Assembly: GCA_016721005.1 (NCBI GenBank)
Contig: JADKJM010000004.1
Location: 177,701 to 241,700 of the forward strand
DNA length: 64,000 bases
Direction: 5' to 3'
Source of the DNA: Flavobacteriales bacterium
Lineage (GTDB): Bacteria > Bacteroidota > Bacteroidia > Flavobacteriales_F > PHOS-HE28
Part shown: positions 47,991 to 57,596 of the stretch, in pieces
How the letters are laid out: the number at the start of each line of letters is the position of its first letter
Numbering within the stretch: the first letter of the stretch is position 1
Position numbers and translations under genes: made by a program
The notes under the pieces: generated by a model
Database searches by the model: none
Told to the model about the DNA's origin: nothing
Seen by the model: the letters and a program-made list of their open reading frames with translations, nothing else

Positions 47991-50207
47991 ATGCGCTTCT
48001 CCACACTCATCGTCCTTACGACATTCCCTTCCCTACTTCTCGCTCAGCAGATGGTGCCCGAAACCAACGAGTTCCGCGTGAACCAGAACGTTCCGAGCGA
48101 CCAGTACCTGCCGCAGGTTGCCATCGGACCCAGTGATGATTACGTGGTGGTGTGGAAAAGCTGGCAGCAGGATGGAAACACGGCGAGCATCTACTTCCGC
48201 CGGTACAACAGCGCCCACATCGCGCTAAGTGGCGAACTGCTCGTGGCCACCGGCGCCAGCAACCAGGAAAGCCATGTGGTGAAGATCATCTACTGGACAG
48301 CGGGCAAGTTCATCATCTCCTGGAACGATGGGACCAACCTGAACATGCGTGTGCTGAACACGGACAACACCATGAGCGCTACCGTGCCCCTGGCAGGGAA
48401 CGGCCAGTGGGACATCGCCGTGCGTGGCAGCACGCTTGCCGTGCTCTATGGCAGCGGCAGCGCGCAACTGTACATCCGAGGCTACGATCTGGGTACCAAC
48501 AATTTCATTGCGCCAGCGGTGCTCGCCACCGAGAACGCCGGGAACAACTACGATCTGCCCAACATCCGCTTCAAGGCGGACGGGAGCATGGTCGCCATTT
48601 TCGGCCGTGGCAACTACCCCAATCGCATCTTCCGCAAGACCTTCGACAGTGACTTCCTGGCGCAGATCAACGAAGCGCTGGTGTACGAGCAGAACAGCTC
48701 GCTGAACTGCATCGACGTGAGCACCAACGCCAGCGACGAGATCCTGATCAGTACCAAATGGGGCGTGAACGGTACTGACGTGTACAAGGCCTGGGTGCTG
48801 GAAGCGAACGGCGTGGCCATCGTGAACAACCTAGGCGTTTTCAGTTGCGCCTATGCTTACTACACGGCGGAGTGCGCGCTCTTCGATAACGGTGATTTCG
48901 TCATCGTCATGGGCAATTGGCTTAGCCTGAGTGACCTCGACGACTACCAGGTCCGGGGCATCTACTACAAGAACTACAACTTCCAGAACACCGGCGTGCA
49001 GGTGATGAACACCACCACCGCTGGGCGACAGACATACCCGGCCGTGGAAAAACGCAGCGATGGCAGCTTCGTGGTGGTGTGGGAGGGCAACGGTTTCCAG
49101 GGCGATACACAGGGCATCAACGCGCGGGTGTGGTCCGGGGCCACATTCCCCGGCGTGCAAGCCACGAGTTTGGCAACGCTTGTTGTTGCCGAGACGGGGA
49201 CCTCGCAGACCCTTGACCTGCGGCTCGGCACACAGCCCGCCAGCGATGTGGTCGTTGACCTTAGTGTGAGCGATGCCACCGAAGGCAGCATCGACGTGAT
49301 GCAAATGACCTTCACCAGCGCCAACTGGGACCAGCCCCAACAGGTGGTCGTCACGGGTGTTGATGATCCGATCGATGATGGTAACATCAACTTCAATGTG
49401 GTGGCTGCGATCAACGCCAGCACCGTGGACCCGATCTATTCCGTTATGGGTCCTAAGTACTTCCTCGTAACGAACCTCGATGACGACGCGCTCATCACCT
49501 TACCCCTTGAACAGAGCTTCTGCCGCGCCGATGGCATGGCGGCCGTGAATGTGCTCGTGAACAACAACGGATCCCCGGTCAGCAATCCGGTGGGGACCAG
49601 CGACGACCAAAGCGTGGTGGACAATGCGGACATCAACGTGGTGCAGTTGAACGCGACCACGTTCCAGGTCACCATCGCCAATTTGGAGAACAACGTGCCG
49701 GGCGTGGCGACCATCACCATTACCGTGAGCGATGCCTACTTCTCGTACAGCGGTTCTTTTCAGGTGACCACCTTGGGTAGCACACCGGTGATCATGCAGA
49801 ACGGAGGTGAACTGAGCACTGCACCGGGTGTGAGCTACCAGTGGTTCCTTAATGGTGGCTTCATCGGCACCGGCACGCAGCAGACCTACACGCCCGCGCA
49901 GAACGGCACCTACTCCGTGCTTGTGGTGGATGCCGACGGTTGCTACAACACCTCGGCGGACTTCGTCTTCAATTCCACCGGTATCACCGATGCATCGTCC
50001 GATGCGTTTTGGCTGGGGCCGCTCACTGAAGTGTTGCCCATCCGCGCACCTGAAGCCGGTACGTTTCGCGTGCTGGATGCCACGGGCAAAGTGGTGGCCA
50101 CGGAGCGTATTCTCGCGGGCATGCAAACCATTGCATTGCCAGGACTGGCACCGGGTGCATATGTGGTGATGCTCGGCACGCATGCAACAAGGGTTGTGAA
50201 GGAATAA
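47991..50207 (+). CDS. Large secreted protein with C-terminal T9SS sorting domain (type A)
   Basis: Trimmed to MRFSTLIVLTTFPSLLLAQQ. Internal W/QGD-containing beta-repeats and a Calx-beta-like segment. C-terminal FRVLDATGKVVATERILAGMQTIALPGLAPGAYVVMLGTHATRVVKE matches the T9SS C-terminal domain. Confidence 0.7.
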   Translation: MRFSTLIVLTTFPSLLLAQQMVPETNEFRVNQNVPSDQYLPQVAIGPSDDYVVVWKSWQQDGNTASIYFRRYNSAHIALSGELLVATGASNQESHVVKIIYWTAGKFIISWNDGTNLNMRVLNTDNTMSATVPLAGNGQWDIAVRGSTLAVLYGSGSAQLYIRGYDLGTNNFIAPAVLATENAGNNYDLPNIRFKADGSMVAIFGRGNYPNRIFRKTFDSDFLAQINEALVYEQNSSLNCIDVSTNASDEILISTKWGVNGTDVYKAWVLEANGVAIVNNLGVFSCAYAYYTAECALFDNGDFVIVMGNWLSLSDLDDYQVRGIYYKNYNFQNTGVQVMNTTTAGRQTYPAVEKRSDGSFVVVWEGNGFQGDTQGINARVWSGATFPGVQATSLATLVVAETGTSQTLDLRLGTQPASDVVVDLSVSDATEGSIDVMQMTFTSANWDQPQQVVVTGVDDPIDDGNINFNVVAAINASTVDPIYSVMGPKYFLVTNLDDDALITLPLEQSFCRADGMAAVNVLVNNNGSPVSNPVGTSDDQSVVDNADINVVQLNATTFQVTIANLENNVPGVATITITVSDAYFSYSGSFQVTTLGSTPVIMQNGGELSTAPGVSYQWFLNGGFIGTGTQQTYTPAQNGTYSVLVVDADGCYNTSADFVFNSTGITDASSDAFWLGPLTEVLPIRAPEAGTFRVLDATGKVVATERILAGMQTIALPGLAPGAYVVMLGTHATRVVKE

Positions 50208-50274
50208 CCCTATTCGCGAATACGTATTTCGGTGCAGCCGGTCGTCGGCCAGATACAACCGATATCCTTGCACA

Positions 50275-50865
50275 GTGAACTCCGCGCAGAACAACACCGA
50301 ACGCGTACGCGCCCACAAGGCGCTGGTTGATCTGCTTCAAATGGCATACTCGGCGGAAAAGGCAGCGGCCTTCGCCTATCAGGGCCACGCAGGATCCATC
50401 AAGCTGGAAGTAGACAAGGCAGCGATCCATCAGATCGAACTGGACGAGTGGGGCCACCGTCACGAGGTGCTCACGATCATGCAGCAATACGGCATCCCGG
50501 TCTCGAAGTATTACGAGGTCCGATTTCACCTCATCGGCAAGGTGATCTCGGGTTCCTGCTACGTCATCGGTTGGTTCATGCCGTTCTATTTCGCCGGGCG
50601 ATTGGAGAGCGGCAACGTCTGCGAGTACTTCCGCATGATGCACTACTTCCACGAGTTGGGCATCACGGAGCACGACCAAGTGCTGTACAACATGGGCATC
50701 AAGGAGAAGGAGCACGAGGTCTATTTCCTCGGCCGGATCAAGAACAAGAAGCTATTGCCGTTCTTCGAACGGATCTTCAATTGGGGTGCACGGAAGAGCT
50801 TCAATGATGTGGATCTGGACACGAAGTATCCGGTGGAAACCTCCGAGGCGTATTGCAAGAACTAG
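50275..50865 (+). CDS. Ferritin-like (di-iron carboxylate) superfamily protein
   Basis: Two ExxH motifs (ELDEWGHRHE and EKEHEVYF) in a roughly 190-aa helical protein. Confidence 0.45.
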   Translation: MNSAQNNTERVRAHKALVDLLQMAYSAEKAAAFAYQGHAGSIKLEVDKAAIHQIELDEWGHRHEVLTIMQQYGIPVSKYYEVRFHLIGKVISGSCYVIGWFMPFYFAGRLESGNVCEYFRMMHYFHELGITEHDQVLYNMGIKEKEHEVYFLGRIKNKKLLPFFERIFNWGARKSFNDVDLDTKYPVETSEAYCKN

Positions 50866-50891
50866 AACGCAACAACGCCTGAGCGGAGCGA

Positions 50892-51413
50892 TCACTCATC
50901 GGCATCCGGCCAGCGGATCTCAAGTACATCCAATTCCTGCGTTGTCGGCCCCAGTTGAAAGCGGGCACGTTCGCCCACGCGCCTGCCCATCAGCGCTCGT
51001 ACGATCGGTGCGGTGAAGGCGAATCGTTCTTCCGCTACTGACGCTTCATCCACGCCAACAACGGTGAATCTGCGCACCGTGCCTTGCTGCGGTCCGTTCA
51101 AGTAGGCCACTTTCACCAACGCACCGAACAATATTTCCGTGGGAGCTTCTTCGCTGTGCTCCACGGGCCTCGCTGTGACTATGCGTTCGTTCAAGAGCGC
51201 AAGACGCCCATCGATCCCGGCCTTGGTGCGGCGGCGTTCATCATCACTGCCCGTTGCATTGGCACGATCCTGCTCCAGTTGTTCACGCTCCTCCACTAGC
51301 AACTGCATGCCGCGCGCCGTCACGTAGTTCGTCACCCCATCGGGCAACGCGGCACGAGGAGGTATGAAGGGCGCTTCCTCCTGATCATCCTCTTTGACGA
51401 AGCCGCGGCTCAT
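50892..51413 (-). CDS. GreA/GreB-family transcription elongation factor-like protein
   Basis: The C-terminal domain (GALVKVAYLNG...RRFTVVG...ALMGRRVGE) matches the Gre FKBP-like C-terminal domain. The N-terminal part is atypical. Confidence 0.55.
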   Translation of the reverse strand: MSRGFVKEDDQEEAPFIPPRAALPDGVTNYVTARGMQLLVEEREQLEQDRANATGSDDERRRTKAGIDGRLALLNERIVTARPVEHSEEAPTEILFGALVKVAYLNGPQQGTVRRFTVVGVDEASVAEERFAFTAPIVRALMGRRVGERARFQLGPTTQELDVLEIRWPDADE

Positions 51414-51458
51414 GGGGTAAAGGTGCGCAGGAGGACGAGGAAGCCGAGCGCGCTGCGC

Positions 51459-51567
51459 TCACTTCGGCGCCAACCGGCCATACACCACCGTATCGCGGAA
51501 CTCGCCTCCCCAGAAGATGTTCTCCGAAAAGCGGGCCTCGCGTTTGACCCCGTTCTTCTCCAAGGCA
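51459..51567 (-). pseudogene. 3'-terminal fragment of a GNAT acetyltransferase paralog
   Basis: The minus-strand translation ALEKNGVKREARFSENIFWGGEFRDTVVYGRLAPK* aligns with the C-terminus of the intact GNAT at 52160..52729 (ALEKNGFVREAYYKENIFWDGEFCDTVVYGRLAAK*). About 80% nucleotide identity over about 110 bp. Confidence 0.75.
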
Positions 51568-51569
51568 AA

Positions 51570-51657
51570 CACCAATGACATCGTGCCCGGCAGCTACCAG
51601 CTCACGCTATCCACAACGCACGGCGATGTTGCGCGTGTGAAGGTGATGAAGGAGTAA
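51570..51657 (+). pseudogene. Remnant of a T9SS C-terminal sorting domain (3' end of a lost cargo gene)
   Basis: The plus-strand translation ...GSYQLTLSTTHGDVARVKVMKE* resembles the C-terminus of the cargo protein at 47991..50207 (...GAYVVMLGTHATRVVKE*). Confidence 0.45.
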
Positions 51658-51742
51658 GGGCGATACCGCAGTTGCGCAATGCACGAACACCCTCGGTTCC
51701 TGCGAATGCTATTCTCGTCTTGTACGATCCGGCACTAACGGC

Positions 51743-51982
51743 TCACAACCCGGATAAGCGCTTTGTCGGATCCACGTAGTCCCGCACGAAGGCATCGATC
51801 GCGTTGTGGTCGATCTCCGGGAATGCCACATACGCCTTTTCCTGCATGCGGCCGATCGCTGTTCGGATGTCGACGGACCCCGCGCGTTCACTGCGGGCGG
51901 CACCGAGCTTGTGGTCCTTCATCTCGAGGTTCTGTAGCCAACTCATCACGGCATCCTGGTCGGTCATCTCTCTACGTGCCAT
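51743..51982 (-). CDS. Small hypothetical protein
   Basis: 79-aa ORF with no recognisable motif. Confidence 0.35.
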   Translation of the reverse strand: MARREMTDQDAVMSWLQNLEMKDHKLGAARSERAGSVDIRTAIGRMQEKAYVAFPEIDHNAIDAFVRDYVDPTKRLSGL

Positions 51983-52159
51983 AGGTCTGCGGAATTGTAT
52001 GAAGGTAGGCTTTCGCTATTGGTCACAAGCCGAACGCTCGATGTGCAAGGGTGCATCACGTCGACGTCGCTTACGTGAATGGGATAGGAAGGAGGGCGTT
52101 ACCGAAGGGCGATGACACAATTGCTGCGGACCACTCTTCCATTGGAAGGATACGCCGGA

Positions 52160-52729
52160 TCACTTCGCCGCCAACCTGCCATACACCACCGTATCGCAGA
52201 ACTCACCGTCCCAGAAGATATTCTCCTTATAGTAGGCCTCGCGCACGAAGCCGTTCTTTTCCAGTGCGCGTACGGAGGCCACGTTGCGTGGTTCGGTCCA
52301 AGCCTCCACGCTGTGCAGCTTGAAGACGTTGAATGCCTGTTCCATCACCGTCGCGATGGCTTCGCTCATCAGGCCTTGGCCCCAGTGGTCGCGAGCAAGC
52401 GTGTAACCCAACTCACCGCGATGGTGCTCCAGGTCGATGCGCCACGTTCCGATCACGCCGATCATCTCCCCGGCTTCCGCGCCGGAGTCGCGCTCCTTCA
52501 AGGTCATGGCCCACTGCGCGCAGGTGTTGGCGCGCTGACCCTCTTGCACGCGCGTGATGAAGGCGATCGCGTCATCCATGGTCTTGGCCATCGGCCGGTG
52601 TACATAGCGCATCACTTCGGGGTCGCTGCGCATGGCGAAGAACGCAGGAGCATCATCCATGTGCACTTCACGAAGCACGAGGCGGGGCGTGGTGAGGGTC
52701 GGGAGGCGGGTGAGGTCGAGGGAGAGCAT
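52160..52729 (-). CDS. GNAT-family N-acetyltransferase (RimJ/RimL-like)
   Basis: Trimmed to MLSLDLTRLPTLTTPRLVLREV. Acetyl-CoA-binding motif region ...GYTLARDHWGQGLMSEA. Confidence 0.8.
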   Translation of the reverse strand: MLSLDLTRLPTLTTPRLVLREVHMDDAPAFFAMRSDPEVMRYVHRPMAKTMDDAIAFITRVQEGQRANTCAQWAMTLKERDSGAEAGEMIGVIGTWRIDLEHHRGELGYTLARDHWGQGLMSEAIATVMEQAFNVFKLHSVEAWTEPRNVASVRALEKNGFVREAYYKENIFWDGEFCDTVVYGRLAAK

Positions 52730-52810
52730 GTGGTACGCAAAGGTGATGGAAGACACAGCTCGCAATTGAACGACAAGTCGTCCCTATCGCGAAGGCGATC
52801 CGACGCACAT

Positions 52811-52915
52811 CAGGCTACTTGATGGTGCAGGTCGGGGTACTTGATGGTGCAGGTCGGGGTACTTGATGGTGCGGGTCGGGCTACTTGGTGGTGCAGGTCG
52901 GGATACTTTCAAACC
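52811..52915. repeat. 22-bp tandem repeat array (CAGGTCGGGGTACTTGATGGTG), about 4.7 units
   Basis: Direct tandem copies read off the sequence. Confidence 0.85.
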
Positions 52916-52997
52916 CGCAGGGTGGTCGTCATCGCTTCGCAACAGCCTCGCGAGCGCGACAGACCTGGCGGAGGTGGGGAACACCCTGCGGAGGTCC

Positions 52998-53393
52998 AGG
53001 ATGACGGCGCCTCACGATAGGATGACGGCGCCTCACGATAGGATGACGCCGCCTCGTGATAGGATGACGCCGCCTCGTGATAGTGAGCCGTCGCCTCACG
53101 ATAGGATGGCGCCGCCTCACGATAGGATGACGCCGCCTCGTGATAGGATGACGCCGCCTCGTGATAGTGAGCCGCCGCCTCGTGATAGTGAGCCGCCGCC
53201 TGGTGATAGTGAGCCGCCGCCTGGTGATAGTGAGCCGCCGCTTCGTGATAGTGAGCCGGCGCCTCGCGATAGTGAGCCGTCGCCTCGTGATAGTGAGCCG
53301 TCGCCTCGTGATAGTGAGCCGTCGCCTCGTGATAGTGAGCCGTCGCCTCGTGATAGTGAGATGCCGCCTCGCGATAGTGAGCCGCATCCGCGG
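52998..53393. repeat. 21-bp tandem repeat array (two sub-types, GATAGGATGACGCCGCCTCGT and GATAGTGAGCCGCCGCCTCGT), about 19 units
   Basis: Direct tandem copies read off the sequence. Open in several frames on both strands. Confidence 0.9.
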
Positions 53394-53692
53394 CAGCACG
53401 GACTTGTGCTCCAATCGCAGGGTCGTCCGCCAAGTGCGCGGACAGACCCTGCGAGGGTGGCGAGGTCTATTGGAGCACCACGTGCTAGGCAGCGGGGCAC
53501 CCGGTGCCAGGCAGCGGGGCACCCGGTGCCAGGCAGCGGGGCACCCGGTGCCGGGTGGTGGAGCACCCAGTGCTAAGTGGTGGAGCACCCAGTGCTAAGT
53601 GATGGAGCACCTAGTGCTAAGTGGTGGAGCACCCAGTGCTAAGTGGTGGAGCACCCAGTGCTGAGTTGTGGAGCACCTCGTGCTAGTGTCAT

Positions 53693-54802
53693 AACCCATT
53701 AGTTCATTAACTAAACGACGCGGATTTTTCCAGCATAGGTCCATTTGAAGGGTGCCGCCCGTTGCTCGTTGTAGGTTCTGATGTACTCCATGATCTGGTC
53801 GACGAGTTGTTTGGTGGACTTCCAGACGCCGTTCTTCAAGACGTCCTTGGCCAGCATGTTGAACCAGATCTCATCTGATTGAGCCAAGATGAGTAGGTGG
53901 GCGTGAAGTGCATGGTGATCTTCCGTTTGGGTTTCAACCAGGCCTTCACCTCCTTGATTTATGCACGGCCAGATTGTCCGTGATGATGTGCAGATGGTTG
54001 TTGCGGAAGGTGCGGTCGAGCTTCTTGAGGAAGGTCAGGAAGGTGGTTGCGTTGTTGGCTTTGACCGGTGTTGCGGTTATCATTCCGGTATGCACGGCAA
54101 GGGCGGCCATGAGGGCCACGGTACCATTGCGCTTGTAGGTTGCCGTCATGCGCTTGGGCGTGCCCGCCCGAAGTGGGAGTATCGGCTGTGTGCGGTCCAG
54201 TGCCTGTATCTGGGTTTTCTCGTCCACGCTCAACACGATGGCGTTCGCTGGCGGGTCCATATACAGACCGATGATGGTGAGCATCTTGGACTCGAATTCA
54301 GGGTCAGGACTTTTCCCGCACCAGTACTCGGTCTTGTGCGGTTTCGGATCAGCGTGCTTGAGGATCAGATGAACGGCGCTCTGACTGATGCCCACTTCTG
54401 ATGCGATGCGCTCCTGAGACCAATTGGTATAGCCGCCCGTAGGCTTCTCGCACGCTTTCTGACCACGCGTGCCTTCTGCTGAGCAGTGATCGTTCCTGGC
54501 TTGCCCGGACGAGGGGCGTCCTTCAACCCGGCTACGCCCAGTTTTCTGAACCGGTTGCGCCACTTGTTCACCGTAGGGCGGGTCATCCCGGTGCGCTTGA
54601 CGATCCCATCCAGACTGTGACCATCATGGCTCAACACGCATCACCTGCGCACGCAGACCGTATCGACGCTCCAACTTGTGGGAGCGGACCATCGCCTCAA
54701 GTTCCATGCGTTGCTCTTCGCTTACAGGGATCGGTTTTGCAGTTCGTGCCATGCCGCGAATATAGCACTATTAGTTTATCTATTACATGGTTATAACACT
54801 AG
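53693..54802 (-). mobile_element. IS630-family insertion sequence, copy 2 (decayed), inserted into the minisatellite array
   Basis: Same inverted repeats as copy 1, with TA at both junctions. Joining the flanks reconstitutes a repeat unit (...gagcacctcgtgcTAggcagcggggcacc...). Confidence 0.8.
53946..54637 (-). pseudogene. IS630-family transposase, frameshifted in copy 2
   Basis: ORF fragments 54365..54637 (HTH) and 53946..54563 (DDE core; ends ...HLHIITDNLAVHKSRR*, which is the second D of the DDE triad). Single-base deletions relative to copy 1 give a different set of frameshifts. Confidence 0.75.
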
Positions 54803-55132
54803 GCAGCGGGGCACCCGGTGCCGGGTGGTGGAGCACTTGGTGCTAGGCAGCGGGGCATCCGGTGCTGGCTGGTGCTGGCTGGTGCAGCACCTGGTGCCGG
54901 GTGGAAGGGGGCTTGGGGTCTCGTGGTGCTTTAATGAAGTTGTCGCAGCGTGTTCAGCGGCTACGTTTCCACCTTTTCCTTGATGCAAGGCATGAACGTG
55001 TGCGCCGTGGCGACCGCCCAATTTCCGGTTCGATGCTTTTCACTGCAGGGTACTCGTCAAATGCACGACAGACCCTACATAGGTGGGTGGGGAAACCCTG
55101 CGCAGGTCTAGATCCTGAGCGGTGGGTGGGAC

Positions 55133-55429
55133 GTGGTGAAGAAGCCGGAGCACGGCGAAAAGCCCGCCGTGCCTACCAACTTCAAGTCACTGCGCACCGC
55201 GTATGATGGCAACGTGAAGCTCCGTTGGAAAGGCGACCGGCTCACCATCTACTACCAGCTGGAAATGCTGGACGGCGGGGGCAAGTGGATCGTGGTGGCT
55301 ACCACCTCCAAGTGCCTGCACGCGGTAGTGGGCCTGGAGTCCGGCAAAGCCTACACCTTCCGTGTGTTCGCTATGGGCGCCGCAGGTGCAAGCGCCCTCA
55401 GCGACAGCGTGACGGCCAAGGCCGCCTAA
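55133..55429 (+). CDS. Fibronectin type III domain protein (small; possibly a fragment)
   Basis: 98 aa: PAVPTNFKSLRTAYDGNVKLRWKG...YQLEMLDGGGKWIVV...GKAYTFRVFAMGAAGAS is a canonical FN3 beta-sandwich pattern. Confidence 0.55.
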   Translation: MVKKPEHGEKPAVPTNFKSLRTAYDGNVKLRWKGDRLTIYYQLEMLDGGGKWIVVATTSKCLHAVVGLESGKAYTFRVFAMGAAGASALSDSVTAKAA

Positions 55430-55605
55430 GCCACGATCAGCCTCGGAGAGCACCTTCTTCTCCACACGAAAAGCCCGGCGATGAGCCGGGGTTTTTCGCG
55501 TGGGGGGGGTACTGGGGCAGGGTGCTCGAAGAGGTGATACCATTTGGAATATGATTGTCCTCCAATGTTGATATCATTTTCCTGAAGCTCTTGATCGTTT
55601 GATCG

Positions 55606-56712
55606 GTGGTTCGGATCCTTGTGGCGAAAAACACAGGGCAGATGGCCAATCCCAAACGGTTCGATATCAAAGAGGACATGGTGACGTTGCGCCGGGAGCT
55701 CAGGCGCGTCAATACCGAGACCATGCGTAGTCGGGTCCGAGTATTGATCCTCTACAAAGAGCATGAACAGGAAGGTATCTCCAAGCATGCTGTTGCCAAG
55801 GCGCTGGGCGTGGATGCGGGCAGCGCCATGAAATGGCGCAACGCATATATCCAAGGAGGGCTGGCCGGGTTGCTTTCGCACAACTGGAAGGGAACCGGCC
55901 CAGCGTGATCAAACCTGATCAGCGTGAGGCCTTGCGTTTGAAGTTGCGTGAACCGGGCAACGGTCTGCGGGGCTTCACTGAATTGTTGGCGTGGTTCAAC
56001 AAGCGGTTCAATGAAGAGGTCAACTACTCCACGATGAACAAGTTCGTCAAGCGCAACTATGGAGCCCAGTGTAAGGTCGCCCGCAAGTCACATGTGAAGA
56101 AGGATCCGGAGGCCATCACGGCTTTAAAAAAACTTCGAGCAACTCTGTTCCGGAGTTGACCACCGCCCTCCGCCGGGCTGCTCCAGTGTGAACCTGTATT
56201 GCCAGGATGAGAGCCGCTTCGGCCTTTTCACCCGTGCTGGTAAGGGGATCACGGCCAAAGGGGTCAAGCCGGTATGTGCTTTCCAACAGGTCTTCCAATA
56301 CACCTATGTCTTCGGCGCGTACTCGCCTATATCGGGCGATAATTTCCAATTGGAACTACCCTGTTGTTCTGGCTACACCTTCCAGATCTTCCTCGATCAC
56401 TTTGCAACGCATCGACCCGAAGAGCTCAAGATCATGATCTTGGACAACGGTGCTTTCCACAAAACCAAGCACCTCAGTTGGCCGCTCAACGTGCGCCCAT
56501 TGTTCCTCCCGCCATACGCACCGGAACTCAATCCTGCCGAGAAGGTCTGGTGGCGCTTCAAACGCGCCTACACCAACATGACCTTCGAAACGCTCGATCA
56601 ACTCAGCGACTTCATCGCTAAGCAGGTCCACTCACTAAGCCCCACTGAGGTAAAGTCCATCTGCAACTTCGACTACTTCAACATCGCACGGCACCTTTGG
56701 GCGATCTCTTAG
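55606..56712 (+). pseudogene. IS630-family transposase (HTH + DDE_3) split over three frames
   Basis: 55606..55908 and 55833..56159 encode the HTH and linker. 56188..56712 (GTG start) encodes the DDE domain (QDESRFGL..., ILDNGAFH, NPAEKVW). The frame change lies at an A7 run at 56126..56132. The stop TAG at 56710-12 is created at the IS5 junction. Confidence 0.7.
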
Positions 56713-57596
56713 AACCTGTTTGCATAGTGTGGTGTTGAGAACTGATGGAGCTGGGATCTTGACTTGTTGCTGAATGATCGATCCATTCGTAGCGGTGTAG
56801 AAAAGCACCGTTCACCATGGGATACAGAAGCGATCTGACGCGCGCGCAATGGGAATTGCTGGAACCCTTGCTGCTGGGATCCAAGAAGAAGCTTACCGCC
56901 CCTTGAAGCATGAGCTACGGCAGGTGGTGAACGGGATCCTGTATGTGAACAAGACCGGTTGTCAATGGCGTCAGGTACCTGAAGAGTTCGGGAACTGGAT
57001 CACGTTGTACTTCCAGTTCAAGCGCATGCGTGAGCGCGGTGTTTGGGACCATGCTCACCACGCTGCGCGAACGAGCACGGGAACGCGCCGGGAAGCGGGC
57101 CACGCCCACTGTGGCGATCATTGACTCCCAGAGCGTGAAGACCACGCTAAAAGGGGGCACCGGGGGTATGACGCGGGCAAGAGGACCAAAGGCCGTAAGC
57201 GCCACATAGCCGTGGATACGATGGGCAACCTGTTGACCGTGGTGGTGCATTCAGCGGGCATACAGGATCGCGCAGGCTCGTGCGGTGTTGATCCGTTTGC
57301 ACTGCGCCTTCACCACGATCAAGACCGTGTTCGTGGATGGTGGATACTCCGGCGTGCTGATCGACTGGACCTTGGCCATGTTCGGCTGGACCATGCAAGT
57401 GGTGAAGCGGACCGAGCAACACAAGTTCGTGGTACTTCCCAAACGCTGGATCGTGGAGCGAACACCTCGTGGTTGGGCTGGTCCCGCAGGCTATCCAAGG
57501 ACTATGAGGTGCTGCCCTGCAACGCCGAGGCCTTTGTCCAGATCGCCATGATACACTTGTTGCTCAGGCGCGCAACTCGATAATGCAAACAGGTTC
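56712..57596 (+). mobile_element. IS5-family (IS427-group-like) element nested in the IS630-like element
   Basis: Inverted repeats AGAACCTGTTTGCAT at 56711-25 and ATGCAAACAGGTTCT at 57583-97. TTA on both flanks. About 885 bp. Confidence 0.65.
56818..57551 (+). pseudogene. IS5-family transposase (DUF4096 N-terminus plus DDE C-terminus), disrupted
   Basis: MGYRSDLTRAQWELLEPLLLGSKKKLT... at 56818 is broken after about 25 codons. 56849..57124 encodes ILYVNKTGCQWRQVPEEFGNWITLYFQFKRMRERGVWD. 57285..57551 encodes the C-terminus ...VFVDGGYSG...KRWIVERT. Confidence 0.65.

Larger units (their letters stand above)
53471..54905. repeat. 21/22-bp tandem arrays (CAGGCAGCGGGGCACCCGGTGC and TAAGTGGTGGAGCACCCAGTGC), interrupted by IS630 copy 2
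   Basis: Array units run from 53471 to 53692 and resume at 54803 and run to about 54905, immediately after the IS. Each unit carries a GCACCnnGTGC near-palindrome. Confidence 0.85.

Noticed and set aside
52863-53598. ORFs through the 21-bp minisatellite (for example a 237-aa DSEPSPR-heptad protein; 219-aa and 149-aa minus-strand ORFs)
   Set aside because: A stop-free repeat unit is open in four frames simultaneously. No frame has a convincing start, signal or non-repetitive domain. Not called as CDS, but flagged in the findings because a repeat protein cannot be fully excluded.
52811-54905. CRISPR array
   Set aside because: The units are contiguous tandem copies with no unique spacers, and the periods (21 to 22 bp) are too short. 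No cas genes are nearby.
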